Below, one piece after another: positions 5,895-6,924 of a stretch of DNA of 6,924 nt (the first letter of the stretch is position 1; the number at the start of each line of letters is the position of its first letter). The DNA comes from a virus (Duplodnaviria; Heunggongvirae; Uroviricota; Caudoviricetes): IMG/VR virus record IMGVR_UViG_2541047432_000023; one strand, written 5' to 3'. The notes under the pieces are model-generated. The model was not told the origin of the DNA and did not search any database. It saw nothing but the letters and a program-made list of their open reading frames with translations. The position numbers and the translations under genes are program-made.

Positions 5895-6197
5895 TCATTG
5901 TGTACCCATTGATGTTCTTTTATATACCCTCAATACCCGTTTCATCGCGGCACTCTGGCGACACTCCTTAAAAATCAGATTCGTGCTCACCTTTCCTTCC
6001 CGTTCTTCTCTGGTAGCGAACCGGTAATACACCGTTCGCCAGACCTTACCATCAACGACCAGGATTCCTGCCCGCGCCATTTTAGCCGCAGCCTGATTTA
6101 TGCTGGTTACGGTTGCACCTGTTACCGCGGCAACGTCCTGTGCACAGAAGCTCTTATGCGTCCCCAGGTAATGAATAATTGCCTCTTTGCCCGTCAT
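5895..6197 (-). CDS. ren: Ren protein (lambda Ren homologue, relief from Rex exclusion)
   Basis: ORF track, 100 aa (MTGKEAIIHYLGTHKSFCAQDVAAVTGATVTSINQAAAKMARAGILVVDGKVWRTVYYRFATREEREGK...). Closely matches lambda Ren as I recall it, except the last ~10 residues. The ATG at 6197 overlaps the P stop (ATGA). Confidence 0.85.
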   Translation of the reverse strand: MTGKEAIIHYLGTHKSFCAQDVAAVTGATVTSINQAAAKMARAGILVVDGKVWRTVYYRFATREEREGKVSTNLIFKECRQSAAMKRVLRVYKRTSMGTQ

Positions 6198-6895
6198 ACA
6201 CTTGCTCCTTTCAGTCCGAACTTAGCTTTAATTTCTGCGATCTTCGCCAGAGCCTGTGCACGATTTAGAGGTCTACCGCCCATAACAGGAAGTTGTTTTA
6301 CTGGTTCAGGTATCGTCTCACCACGGTTAATTCGCGCTGTCATACAGGTCAGTTCATCGGCAGCCTTGCGCCGTAATTCCGCGTCAGTCAGCGCATTGGC
6401 CCGCATGTTCTGGTACAAGTTGGTAACCAACCAGTAATGCGCGTTCGATTTCCACGGATAAGACTCTGCATCCGGATACAGGCCACGCTTCCTGCAATAC
6501 TCGTAAACCATATCAACCAGCTCGCTGACGTTTGGCAGTCCGGCGATAACGGATGCTTCTTCCCGGCACCATGCAACAAACTGCCCGGGTGATGGAAGAA
6601 ATGGTCGATTCTGCCGACGGGCTACGCGCATTCCTGCGTTAACCTGTTCCATCGAGGTGATCCCGTTTTCCCGGAAAGCCAGAACCCACTGGCGGCGGAT
6701 TTCGTTCAGTTCGTTCTGGTCACGGTTAGCCAGACTCGCCGGGAAAGTTGCCAGTAACTGGCTGAACACACCGTTGATGATCTGCGCTACCTGCTGTACC
6801 TGCGGCTTTTCGTCGTACTGTTCCGGCATGTTGTTGGCGATCCGACGCATCTGCTCACGGTCAAAGTTAACCATCTGTGCGGCGATGTTTTTCAT
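6194..6895 (-). CDS. P: replication protein P (lambda P, DnaB helicase loader)
   Basis: ORF track, 233 aa (MKNIAAQMVNFDREQMRRIANNMPEQYDEKPQVQQVAQIINGVFSQLLATFPASLANRDQNELNEIRRQWVLAFRENGIT...). Near-identical to lambda P as I recall it, and the same length. Confidence 0.95.
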   Translation of the reverse strand: MKNIAAQMVNFDREQMRRIANNMPEQYDEKPQVQQVAQIINGVFSQLLATFPASLANRDQNELNEIRRQWVLAFRENGITSMEQVNAGMRVARRQNRPFLPSPGQFVAWCREEASVIAGLPNVSELVDMVYEYCRKRGLYPDAESYPWKSNAHYWLVTNLYQNMRANALTDAELRRKAADELTCMTARINRGETIPEPVKQLPVMGGRPLNRAQALAKIAEIKAKFGLKGASV

Positions 6896-6924
6896 AAATC
6901 CACCCCGTAAATCCAGTCAGTGTT
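6892..6924 (-). CDS. O: replication initiator protein O, C-terminal fragment (continues beyond window)
   Basis: The minus-strand frame is open to the window edge and translates ...NTDWIYGVDL-stop. Its TGA overlaps the P start (ATGA). The position upstream of P matches lambdoid O-P organisation. Only about 10 codons are visible. Confidence 0.5.
   Translation of the reverse strand, partial: NTDWIYGVDL

Noticed and set aside
6156-6579. 93-aa plus-strand ORF (6156..6437) and 63-aa minus-strand ORF (6388..6579)
   Set aside because: Both embedded in the P gene (opposite strand or alternate frame); P identity is strong, so these are frame artefacts.
1-6924. Looked for CRISPR repeats, tRNA/rRNA genes, IS-element terminal inverted repeats with transposase, and toxin-antitoxin pairs
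   Set aside because: No regularly spaced direct repeats, no tRNA-like or rRNA-like sequence, no transposase-like ORF and no small paired ORFs apart from the overlapping nin-region genes.

Overview
This window reads as the early-right / nin region of a lambdoid, DLP12-like prophage from an Escherichia/Shigella-type genome, with every supportable gene on the minus strand. Calls rest on reading the ORF-track translations and recalling known proteins; no search or computation was run. Gene order in transcription direction (high to low coordinate): O (3' end) - P - ren - emrE - ybcK (large serine recombinase) - 63-aa ORF - ybcN - ninE - ybcO - rusA - ylcG - Q-like protein - candidate late promoter and terminator - AT-rich membrane protein - ambiguous edge ORF. 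The two strongest leads are (1) an AT-rich polytopic membrane protein of no recognised family just downstream of Q, and (2) an AT-rich emrE + serine recombinase cargo island between ren and the nin genes. Three perfect 10-bp inverted repeats sit in intergenic regions bounding the island. No tRNA, rRNA, CRISPR array or IS element was seen. All plus-strand ORFs in the track look like antisense shadows.
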